64,000 nucleotides of DNA from positions 191,036 to 255,035 of the forward strand of contig BDGG01000015.1 of the NCBI GenBank assembly GCA_001949185.1, written 5' to 3'. The notes under the pieces were generated by a model. It was not told the origin of the DNA, made no database searches, and was given only the letters and a program-made list of their open reading frames with translations. The DNA comes from Ramazzottius varieornatus (taxonomy: Eukaryota > Animalia > Tardigrada). Positions 23,725 through 34,718 of this stretch are shown piece after piece. How positions within the stretch are numbered: the first letter of the stretch is position 1; each line of letters opens with the position of its first letter. The position numbers were made by a program, and so were the translations under genes.

Positions 23725-24241
23725 AACCGGATGTACGAATATTTTTTAGTTCGAATCATTTTGGGCCACGTATGTAATCGTCGATTCAAAGTTTTCAATT
23801 CGATGACTGCTGTCTTCCCGTTCATCTAGCAAGCTATAATATCCGATGTGGCTTCTTAGAACCATATCGGCAGTGCTGAGCTCAGGCAGGAGGTTATGTC
23901 AACAGACAAGGTGATTGCTGGCCGAAACAAAGAAACGATATCGTCGTGCTCACAGCATGGAGACAAAGTCCGGTGTTGTTAACAATTTTATCGCCTTCTG
24001 ACTTCCTGCATGAGTGGCTAAACAAACAGGACGTACTCATGTAATTGAGCTGCATTGCAGACAGGGAAATCAGGCATTGTCGTGTCAGAATAACATCGTT
24101 AGTCACATGTACTGTGGAGATCGGGCAAATTTATACGAAGTTAAAACCGAGAAATCCCACTCCAACTGGTGTTCAAGAAAGCAGCAGTCGCAATAGTTCT
24201 CGACTTTCTGATCACTCGAAAATTTGGTGCAACAGCCCAAA

Positions 24242-24949
24242 ATGTTCTCGGCGGAAGACGCTACTCGGCGGGCCACTCTAAAAGCATTTGGCAGTATCCA
24301 AATGTTTCTGGGTGTGACTGAATTTTGCGGAGCCATTGCTGGTAAGCTCAGCCAATTTTTCGCGGAGAATACAGTACAATGTGAAAGGCCCAACATTACT
24401 AGTCCCTTTTTTACAGTCGTAAGTATGAGCGATTCCGATAATCCGGTGGATAAAACGTACGCAGGGTTTTGGTCTAGCTTGTTCTACGTCTTCCTTGGCC
24501 TGCTATCCGTCGTGGGTTCCCGATTCGTCGAAGGAGCTCCGCCGCGCGGTGTCCTCCTGGCCTGTGTGATTCTCAATAGTATCGTGGCTGTCCTGTCCAT
24601 CATCGTCGTCATCTTGTTCATAGTAGCGTTGTCGGTCCTCGATAACACCAGCTTTGGGCAAATTCCGAATAATAACAACGCCGGATGTTATGACATCGTT
24701 TTAACGTATGCCAAAACCATACTTGTCGACAACATTATCAGGATGGCCCTTATCATTCCCATCTGCATCGCGGCAGCCGCAATCGCCAAAAGGATTCGCA
24801 ACGCTACAGTCATTACTACCACCCATCATATCACATACAGCGCACCAGCCCAGCCTTACGTCGTTACAAGTGCCAATCCTGGATATAGCGCTGCGGCACC
24901 AGGATATCCTGCGGGATCTGGCCCATATCCCGGTCATCCTAGCGCCTAA
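24242..24949 (+). CDS. MS4A/CD20-like four-TM protein copy 2
   Basis: LKAFGSIQMFLG...YAGFWSSLFYVFLGLLSV...ACVILNSIVA is a CD20-like pattern; 75-nt in-frame intron at 24342-24416; Pro/Tyr/Gly-rich tail. Confidence 0.8.
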   Translation: MFSAEDATRRATLKAFGSIQMFLGVTEFCGAIAGKLSQFFAENTVQCERPNITSPFFTVVSMSDSDNPVDKTYAGFWSSLFYVFLGLLSVVGSRFVEGAPPRGVLLACVILNSIVAVLSIIVVILFIVALSVLDNTSFGQIPNNNNAGCYDIVLTYAKTILVDNIIRMALIIPICIAAAAIAKRIRNATVITTTHHITYSAPAQPYVVTSANPGYSAAAPGYPAGSGPYPGHPSA

Positions 24950-25795
24950 AGTGATACGAGGAGAAAATAAGTTAATGGATGTACACTACTCGTACCCCAT
25001 TGTCAAAAATATTAATAAATGATCGAACTTGAACCGGCTTAAAACGCCTGTGTTTTTGAAGCCTCTGAAAATGAAATTACGAGTCCAGATGACCCTTCGT
25101 CTACTAACCAATAAGCTAAAGCAGGCCGTGTGTGCTATATGTATCGAGAGCGAGTTGATCTATTCGACAACAGCTAACTCTTATTTGTTTTATGAGATTG
25201 TCGACTGAAGCACATCGAAGTAAAATTAGAGACAGTCAGTCACTTTGAAAACCTCGTACGAGTACTTGGTTTGCTCACTAAAGATAATCTCGAAATATGG
25301 CTGTGTGTTTGGCGAAGACCATGAGGCATGCTTTGTAACTTCCCGAACAGTACCATTTCGCAGTTTGAGACAGTTCGGCGATGTGCGGGGTTTTCCGTTC
25401 CGAGTTCTGCCGATATCAGTAGATATGCTGGATACAGTTTACAGCCTAATGTAATAATGGCCGATTGTGTCAATCGTCGAGAAGACGACGGCGAAAACAA
25501 AGAAGAAATCGATACAAGGAGTAGCTCGTAATTTCCTAACAGCTCACCTTTCAACTTTGAACTTGATAAGGTGTACACGAGGGTCCCGTAATTGACAGCA
25601 CATTAAGGCGCCAACCAAGGTTTTTTAAGAGTATAGTTTCTCGTCAAAAAGGGTGTCCACGACTAATCTGCTCTGCTACTGTGAGGTGCCACTGTGGAGG
25701 CACATGCTTTTCTTGTCTGCAGCCTTTTCAAAAACACTCGCAGTTCGCATCTGATCACTTTCTGGAACTAGAACGATACTTTGAAATTTCGCATA

Positions 25796-26455
25796 ATGTC
25801 TTCAACGGGAGTAGGAAACCGGCGGTTCATCTTAAAAGCATGTGGGTGTATTCAGATTTTTCTGGGTTTGTCGGCGTTCGGCGGAGCCATTAGCGGTAAG
25901 TCAACTCAAAGGACTACAGTGGTTTGTACATTAAAGAGTTTCGGTTTCTTCCAAAAACGTTTTCTGTTAATCAGCAGCTCATGCCTAATTTCAGCTGTGG
26001 TCCTGGGCGCCAAGGTGGATCTGTCCTACTCAGGCTTCTGGTCTGGACTGCTCTACATATTCCTGGGTATGCTGTCCATTCAGGGTTCGCGCTTTGACGA
26101 CTACAGCCAGCCTCACCGGGGTATGCTGCTGGCTTGCATGGTCCTCAACCTCATCGTCTCCGCCACGTCCGTGTTCAACGCCATCTGGTTCATCATATCT
26201 ATATTGAAAATCGGCCGTGAAAGTTTTGACATCCCTTACGGTCCAGCCACGGGCAAATGTCTTACTATCGTGGTTTCCTACGCACATGCCATCTTGGTGG
26301 ACAGCATCATCAGAACCACCCTGATCATTCCCGTTTGCATCATGGCGGCCCTGACGGCAAACAAACTTCGCAATGCCGTTGGCGTAACTACCACCACCCA
26401 CCACGTGGCCCCCAGCGCTCCAGCACAGCCTTACGTCACCAACACCCAGCCTTGA
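25796..26455 (+). CDS. MS4A/CD20-like four-TM protein copy 3 (tail truncated)
   Basis: Closely similar to copy 2 (LKACGCIQIFLG, YSGFWSGLLY, ILVDSIIR..LIIPVC, SAPAQPYV) with the same intron position. Confidence 0.8.
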   Translation: MSSTGVGNRRFILKACGCIQIFLGLSAFGGAISGKSTQRTTVVCTLKSFGFFQKRFLLISSSCLISAVVLGAKVDLSYSGFWSGLLYIFLGMLSIQGSRFDDYSQPHRGMLLACMVLNLIVSATSVFNAIWFIISILKIGRESFDIPYGPATGKCLTIVVSYAHAILVDSIIRTTLIIPVCIMAALTANKLRNAVGVTTTTHHVAPSAPAQPYVTNTQP

Positions 26456-27510
26456 TACAACGTTGCAACATTCGGTTATCCTTCCAACTCTGTACCTTCC
26501 AATTCTGTATCCTTCCAATTCTGTACCCGGGAAATCCCACTGCCGATCGCCAGCAGACAATAAAAATTTGATATCGCAAATTATCAATGTCTTATGTCTG
26601 GCGACGTCTCCGTTTTCGAGCTTGCCGTAAAACCTCCTTTTTCCTACTTATCTTTCCTAGAATGTTGGGTCGTAGATTACGTGTTATCATACATGTCGTA
26701 CCCGAACAAGGAAACTGGTGCAATGGTTCTTGCCGAACTATCTACACAAGTACCAATAGCATACAGCAGTACGCTCGAGTACTTCGAACAAACACAGTAT
26801 GTTCTCAGTAACTACGCAAGTCCCACGACGCGACAACGGTGCCCGTAGTACAGTAATGTGACAAATAGGTCAACGGGTGAAAAAATGCAACGTTGAGGCT
26901 CTGTCGCGCACCTGTGCAGTACGCATGTTCAGTGCTTACAATGTATATCCTTCGCAGAGGACTCTCAAGACAGCAGTTGGCTTACTGTACACCAGCTTAA
27001 GTTTCTAGAGAGGGGGTTCCTCATCACTACTTTGCACTATTTACCATGGAGAACGACACTGTGAGGATGCCACCGTACCGCTGACTTCATTAAACTTTTT
27101 TTGCTGTCCCAGTTCTCCGATGTGGTTTGCGGCGTGACTTGTCACGTTATAGCGCTCTGGTGAAAAGCTGCCACTCACGTTCTTCCACAAAGCGCCTACT
27201 GATTTCATGGAAGAAAAAAAAATGCAGAAGTATCGACAATTCCGCGAAGGTTCACGCAACTGAAACTGACTCGTGGGCACAAGCTTCTTGACGCATGTCA
27301 TGCGCGATGCTTCGGTGTCAACGCACCACAACATCTGGGGTAGTTCGTCGTCAAAGTTATGTATAGTATACAGTGGCTCTGATGGTCAGAGTACACCAAG
27401 AACTCACACAGTAAGATCAGGAAACACTGCTGGGCGATATTCCAGAGTGATAACACTACTCGTAGTTATGCACACCACGAAACAGCACCAATCTTGAGGC
27501 CTCTGACGTA

Positions 27511-28345
27511 CAGTCTGTACCAGCCAAGTTGATTTCTTAATTCTAAGAGCCCAGTAGGCTCTCAAAGCAGCGTGAAAACTATCCTATTCCTATTTTAAAC
27601 GATTCACCACTTAATTCTGTATCTGTCAAGCCATAGTGCGTGAAGAAAACGAGACTTGTTGAGTTAGAGTGAAAATCGAAAACGATCAGGACCGACGAAA
27701 ATCGCGTCTCGACCCTGTTACCGCAAGGAACTCGGGACAATCTCTCTAAACAATTAAATTGTATGTGAACAGAAGTTGCCGAAATCGGTTTAAAAAGTAT
27801 GTATAAACGATGTTTCCACAGACAACGGAAACTAATCGATGCCGTTCGGAACTTCAAAAAAACAAAACACTTCCTTTTTCATATCCAAAAAGAAATCCTC
27901 TAAAAGCAGTAAAAAAATACAGCGAGCAATTTACGAGCTCATTGGGGTACGTACCCTATGTCACAGCTTCTTGACGGTTTTCCGTGTTCGCGAATCAGAT
28001 CCACAGACAGCGAAGCCACTGTGAAGTGCAAGTACCGCAGACCTGGTCTTTTCGGCTAGCAAAGGTGAAACAAGTTAGTTGTCATACGCCGAAACAGATT
28101 TCATTTGGAAAACGGCCGTTTCTGAGTTTCTGGGTAGCGTTTTATAACGCTCAGCTTTCGGTCCTGCTACCCTTCGTTGCAGAAAAATCTCAAATCAGGG
28201 TTTCATTCTGTTCATCGTACGCATGTCTCAAACTAAGAAACAGGGCTACATTACACACGGAAAAAGAAGCGGGAATCAACTGTACGAAATTCAAATATTT
28301 ATCGGAAGCTCAGGTGGAAGGGATCAACTTGGCTGGTACAGACTG
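27511..28345. mobile_element. Non-autonomous Tc1/mariner-type element, 835 bp
   Basis: TA|CAGTCTGTACCAGCCAAGTTGAT ... ATCAACTTGGCTGGTACAGACTG|TA: perfect 23-bp TIRs; no transposase ORF recognised. Confidence 0.8.
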
Positions 28346-28432
28346 TACTTAACGCTATCTATCATACAGCGATTTGTTACTCGTGGCGACACCACATACC
28401 AAGCTTTTTATTCTTGAGACTTCCACCCTTTC

Positions 28433-28494
28433 TTAGCCGCGGCTAAAAGTATTTTAGCCGCAGCTAAGAACGGCTAAACGGCTTATTTTAGCTT
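28433..28494. repeat. Fragment of the TTAGCC/GGCTAA foldback family (same family as 37101-37420)
   Basis: TTAGCCGCGGCTAAAAGTATTTTAGCC...AAGAACGGCTAAACGGCTTATTTTAGCTT matches the right arm of the element at 37101-37420. Confidence 0.75.
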
Positions 28495-29164
28495 AACCAA
28501 GCCTTTTATGCTCAAACTGGAACGGTAACTTCTCAGCGAATCCACGGTGAGAATCTGCTGGCCCTGCTGATGTTTAGACATGTCAGCATGGCCGCTCAGA
28601 AATACCGAACTTGCAAGGAAGGGGCTATGCTTCGAATAACACACGTAAAGGCGAGTGGGCCGAGAAGGGAATACAATCGGGCAGATGCTCTGTGCATGAT
28701 ATGGCCGTTTTTTTCTTTGAGAGCGATGCGTTCGATAAGTTTCGTTACGAACAAGTGCTGGTGGGTTATGAGAACGTCGAGTTCGTTCTTGGCCCTCGTT
28801 TTCGGTTAGGCAAACACCTCGTAACTTTCACTTGCTCCCGCTCCAACTTTGACCTACTAGCGTTTGCTCTCCGCTGTCTTACCCGAATCTCAAAATCTAA
28901 ACTTTTCGCATTGTTATTGCCCTTCATCTTCGATCGATCACAGATCTGGGTTTGATTGTGCCGTGGTCAAGAAAAATGACCCTGTTCTTGTAAAGCGGAG
29001 CAACAACAGGAACCATGGGACGCGAAGCTGCCCAAACCTGGCCAAAGATGTACCGTCATTACTGTTGGATTATCGTAGCCTTGTCATTTGCACACTTCAT
29101 CGTTTTCAGCGAAGGTAACAGTGATAAAGGTTTTTCTCTAACCTCACGAAGGCCTTAAAATGTG

Positions 29165-32100
29165 ATGATGTTTATGACCGTTGCCTTTAAGCTTTACATA
29201 TTGCTGGCGTTCTTGTTAATAGGAGCGGTACGCTGTGCGTCGCGGAGAAGTTCTGGTAGCGGACTGGAATACGTAAAGGGCAAAGGTAAGCTGTGGAGTA
29301 TCTTGCCTATGGAGTACCTTCCCATAAGCAGCGTTGGGCGTGACCGTGTGAAGCTCTACTTGAGGAAATTATCGTTTTCAAGAAACGTTAATTCTAACGA
29401 AAAAGTTGTTCCTGCTTTCAGACGCTGAACTTGCCAGCATAGCCGCCAAGTAAGTTCTCAAGTAATATAACCTGTCCAAAGTTCTCTGGCCTTCCAATCA
29501 GTCATCTCTACCGACTTTATTGTAATTGTTTCCCTTCTTGACAGAAGTCCGGATGCGCTACAAGGAAGTCCCGATGGAGGTAGCTACCGATACCGTCAAC
29601 GTCGCTACCCCAGCCCGCCACCGGTACCTCTGAAGAAGAAACAAGATAGTTCGCGCAGGGACTACCCCGATCGCGACCCCTATGGAGGTATCCCTGGCCG
29701 CGTGGGCAACCGAACCAGGTATGAAGGCGACCCACGAGACTTCAGCTACAGTGCCGACGACGGCGGAATGCGAAACAATGGCTCGATGGACTGGGAGCCA
29801 GACTACCACGGGCAAGGCGAAACCGACTTGGGGTCGTCAGGTGGCGAGAGCTACAACACTCCAGATCGCGACCGTTCAGAGGACAGTTACGCAGCGAAAC
29901 GCGGAGCTACGGGCCGAGATGTGCAGATCGGTAAAAGCGACGACGATCATGACAGACCTTTTGGTCGCAATGGAGATCGAGACCGAGACCAGGATCGAAA
30001 TGGAAATGGAAATGGAATTGGTTACGGAGGTAGGGACGGATTTGGACGCAATCGAGATGGTCCTTCCTATGGAGCTAGAGATGGCGACTACGCTCGAGGA
30101 CCACAGACGTACGACACCGACGGTCCGCGCGATCGTGAGTATGGCCCGGGAGCTCGTGGTGGTGAGATGAGAGATGATGCACGAGATCGGGATGGCTACG
30201 GAAGAGATAATCGGTCTTGGAGACTCAGAGATGACCGGAGAGACAATGGCAATGGCAATGGCAATGGCAATGGAAATGGAAAGGGCTACGGGAACCGATA
30301 CGGCTCGTATGGGGACGAGGAGGATGATGACTTATGTCCGGTAGAAACCCAAGAAACCAAGTCAAGCAACAGCGATTTTCCAATGACTACGGCCAGCGCG
30401 GTACTTTCAACGCCCATGTGAGTCCTTCATCCAAATTTGTAATTTCGTGCGTATCTGTATGTGGTAAATATTGAGTTTTTGACAGTGGTGACTACATTCT
30501 CTACTGCGTCAGTGAACCGGGAAAGGCCATTGTGTCGTACTCGTTGAAATGCCAAGACCGCGAAGATCCACGCGGAAAGGAGCCTTTGTATACTCCACTG
30601 TCCCATCCCTGCTTCCAGCTCAACGTAAGTGCCCTGTTAAGTTATTGAAGACGATTGAATTTCACAATGCAGTGCAAGATGGTACCGCGAACCGGGATTT
30701 GCAGATAGTGGAGGACCTGTCAGACCCGGAAAAGCCCCAGCCACTGGTTATCGCCTTGACGAGAGATGGTCCTTCCATTGCTCTTCGAGTCGCCTACGAC
30801 ATGAATCAGTTCCGACTAGAGCCTTGCCAGCATGTGCTGGAATATCCCCATCTTACGGACGTCGCGGTGAGTTGAGTCGAGGCGGGAGAGCGGCGAACGA
30901 AACGCACAAGACTGCTGTATCAAGTGACGCAAGCTTTCAGCCAATGACACTGAAAACATGCGTCACTTGAGATGACGATCTCGCATGTTTTGTTTTACAT
31001 GGATGATTGACCCGTACTTTTTCTCATTGGACTTTCTCCCATGCACGGATGATTGGTACGAACGTATCTCTTTTTTCCAGGTTCATCCGCTGAAAGACAA
31101 GCAAGGTCACCTGGTGGTTTTTTCCAACAACGATGTCCGCCTCAATCCTCCATACGAGCAGACCGTAGCGCCCATCTACATCGTAAAGCAGGGTAACATC
31201 AAGCTTGGTTGTTTCGCCGATATCCGTGATACCACCGATGTCGACATTTGGTACCACGAAGGCAAATACATCCTGGCTTTCGTTCACCGCATCAAAAACA
31301 CCAGAAGATGTCAAATTCGTTTTTACGAGGTGGAGATCCGTGATGGCCACTGCGTCACCAGCAAACCCTGGCAGAGACAACCGGTCATCGGAGGGAAAGA
31401 GTACCACGGCAGCAGCAACGGGAGGGAAGCCACCAATCCTTTCACCATTGAACAGGGACTATACGGCAAGTACCTTCCGATACGACCATACCTTACGACA
31501 TTAGTTCTGTTTGTTTCACCCACCAAAAAATCTCGAGGACAGTTGGGACATCGACAAATGAATTCATCCAGATGGCTTCCCAAGTGGCGCATGCCTTCAG
31601 CCAAAAACATCGGAAGCATACACCACTTGAGAAAATGATCCAGTCGTACTTCCAGGTGGCGCATGTTGTCAGCCGGGATCATTGAAAGCGTGCGCCGCTC
31701 TGAGTGAATTCATTTGTCGACTTCCGAACTACGCTCGCTACCTGACGTGCAGGAGGCTCTTCATTATGAATGTTGATCAGATATGAATGTTGAACTATGG
31801 CAGGTTGCGAAGACGTCAAATTCTTGATTTCACCTCGCACACCAAAAGACCCTCGTAAGCGTGACCGAGATTACTTCGAAGACCGTGAGAACGACCGTTT
31901 CGACGATCGAAGAGTTGGTCTCAAAGCTGTAAAAGGCCGTCGTCAGAGAAGAGACGACCCATACGATGCCGATTCATACGACAGCGAACGCTATGGTCGT
32001 CGAAACTCCTCGTACGGACGTTACGGACGTCCCGATACCTACGATGACGGGGATCACGACGACCGTAGAGACAACGATAGGGATGAATCGAGTGTTCATC

Positions 32101-34718
32101 TGGCGGTGGCCATCGCCAACGACGCCAGACCGGAAGGATATGCCGGCTGTCCGCCAGAAGAAATGATCTCACCCGTCAACGACAACAGCAAAAGCTTCTG
32201 CGGGGCTCATCATGCCGTCTCTCGCTCCTTTGTGATAGCTTTCGACCACAGCGACAAGAAGTTCGACTGGGCCAAGGACGATTACGCCTTCCAGTTCCTC
32301 CATGCCGGTCCCGACTCGGTACGTCAGCACCCTCTCATTCTTTAATCCAAAGGGATGTGCTCGCAAGAGAAAGTTGTTACAGTTACGAAGAAAATATTAC
32401 CGGTTCTCTCATAAATGATTTTCGAATTTTTTTCAGGCGACCGAAATTACGCACTTACCTACAGAAAAGTGCTGCATGGTCTTCCAAGTCGTTAGTCCAC
32501 TTGGTATCACGAGTCTTTTCTCGATCGAGAAAGACGATGATGGTCACGCCGTAGTCCACCAGTTTTCCGATTCCGGCTTGCCGCCTTTCTCCGAGCGTTC
32601 CTCCTTTGGCTTTTGCACTCCCAATGATCTCATCTTGAGCTACACCCTTCACAGTTACCAGCCAGGTATACATTTGTTCAACAGACTACTGTACGAGGAG
32701 CGAGCTCTTACTTTTGCTCACCGTACAACTTTGCCCACCTACATCACGTTTACGTCACAAGCTTTGCGACGTATGATGAGCAAAGTTGTACGCTGACGAG
32801 GGAGCGGTCAGGACGATCATACGCCGATCTTCGTTTTGATGCTTTCACCTGATAGGTAGGTTTCTTAGTTTACTATAAAAAGCAGGAAGAGATGCTATGA
32901 ACCCCTCCCTGGAGCTGGAGAAAATCCTGAAAGCGTGCAGCCATTGTCCACCCCGTATAGCACCATAAAGTTCTTGGGAAGTCTACTGGTCCTTGTATCA
33001 CGGGTAGCATGAAGTCACCGGCAGCAAAAACGAAGTAAATATACTCCCAAACATTTCTACGGTTTCAGGCAGCGCAAAAAAATTTCGATTTNNNNNNNNN
33101 NNNNNNNNNNNNNNNNNNNNNNNNNNNNNNNNNNNNNNNNNNNNNNNNNNNNNNNNNNNNNNNNNNNNNNNNNNNNNNNNNNNNNNNNNNNNNNNNNNNN
33201 NNNNNNNNNNNNNNNNNNNNNNNNNNNNNNNNNNNNNNNNNNNNNNNNNNNNNNNNNNNNNNNNNNNNNNNNNNNNNNNNNNNNNNNNNNNNNNNNNNNN
33301 NNNNNNNNNNNNNNNNNNNNNNNNNNNNNNNNNNNNNNNNNNNNNNCTTCGTTTTTGCTGCCGGTGACTCCATGCTACCCGTGATACAAGGACCCGTAGA
33401 CTCCCCAAGATCTTAGTGGTGCTATGCGGGGTAGACAATGCTCCACGTATTCGGGATTTTGTCCAGCTCCAGGGAGGGGTTCATTTCATCACTTCCTGCT
33501 CTTTATAGCAAGCTAAGAGACATACATATCAGGTGAAAGCATCAAAACGAAGATCGGCGGATGATCTTCCTGACCGCTCCCTCGTGGGTAAAGTAAGACC
33601 TCGCTCCTCGCACTACCTTCATAAACAGTCCACGCACGCTATTTTATGGACGGTACGTGCACTGTGAATGGATGTTACAGGTAACACGATTTTCCATTTC
33701 CACTGCAATGCCGACGAAGAGCGTGGATATGGCTACGGGATCGGGTACGACAGTCCGAATCGTGACGGCGACTACGGTCGACAAACGTCTGCACAAAGAC
33801 AAGGTCAAGGACAAGGACAAGGGCAAAGGTACGTGGTCAAGAAATCAGACATGACATGACATGGGACGTCGCCGAATGAACTGGAGGCCATCAATGCCTC
33901 AAGTGGCGCACGCTCTGGTTGTTTTTGACCAAACACCTGCGTCACTTGGTAACATGACTCTGTTCATGTCGTTTGCAGAAATCCCACATGTGAAAAACAC
34001 TCCGCTGACGGTTCTTTTACAAAAGTAGAATGTGAACTGAAGTTTTGCTCAATATTCCCGCAGGCGCGGACAGGATGACATCAAGCAGCCCTACGACGCC
34101 GACGACCGTTCCGGACGTTTTGGTAACTCGTCTTACCGTACGGACATCGCTGACACCTATCCGTACCGCAACAAGACCAACACCAACAACTATCGTCGCT
34201 ACCAAGATCGCGATGAACGTCGAGATCCTTCGTCCTACGAAGCCGAGGTTAACAGCGTTGTGGCTGGCGGCGACCTCTATCGTCGACCATTCAATATCAC
34301 TCAAGTCCCGTATGGTCAAGCCAGTGCCGGCGCAACGGGATACAGTCAACCCAGCAGCGGCGCAACAGTATACAGCCAACCGGATTACTCGCTTTCGGCC
34401 TCCGGCTACAACTCTCAGCCGCAGTACCCGAAGCCCGGTGCCGGTCTGTATCCCAAGCCACACCTACCACCACCGGGTCCACCACATCCAGGCCCAGCCT
34501 ACGGTCCTACCCGCATGGCAGCCGTTTATCCCGACAAGGACTACGGTAATATGACCTTCAGCCACGCCCCTCCACCACAGTACAAACCTGATGCTCCTCC
34601 AAAGCTCCAGCCACAGCAGCAGGTACAGCCGCCACCGATGCAGCTGCCACCACAAGCTCCTCTTCCTCCTCCTATCGGCGGATACGCTATACCTTACAAT
34701 GCTCCTAACAGATACTAA
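29165..34718 (+). CDS. Secreted protein B: Arg/Asp/Gly/Tyr-rich low-complexity regions, EAR/EPTP-like domain and Pro/Gln/Tyr-rich tail
   Basis: Signal peptide MMFMTVAFKLYILLAFLLIGAVRCA. In-frame splicing checked across 32666-33680 (YQP-G-NTIFHFHC) and 33829-34063. Paralogous to 17189-20033. Confidence 0.75.
32694..33610. mobile_element. Intronic long-TIR/foldback element spanning an assembly gap
   Basis: 32796-33035 is an imperfect reverse complement of 33347-33585. Outer ends are TA|CGAGGAGCGA...TCGCTCCTCG|CA. Confidence 0.7.

Noticed and set aside
28570-29118. Overlapping short ORFs before protein B
   Set aside because: No homology, signal peptide or splice pattern to support them.
32667-32796. 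Apparent C-terminus of protein B (IHLFNRLL...KVVR*)
   Set aside because: This is read-through into an intron or foldback element. Splicing at 32666 to 33681 gives GNTIFHFHC, matching paralog A.
32998-33438. ORFs containing long X runs
   Set aside because: Artefacts of the N gap.
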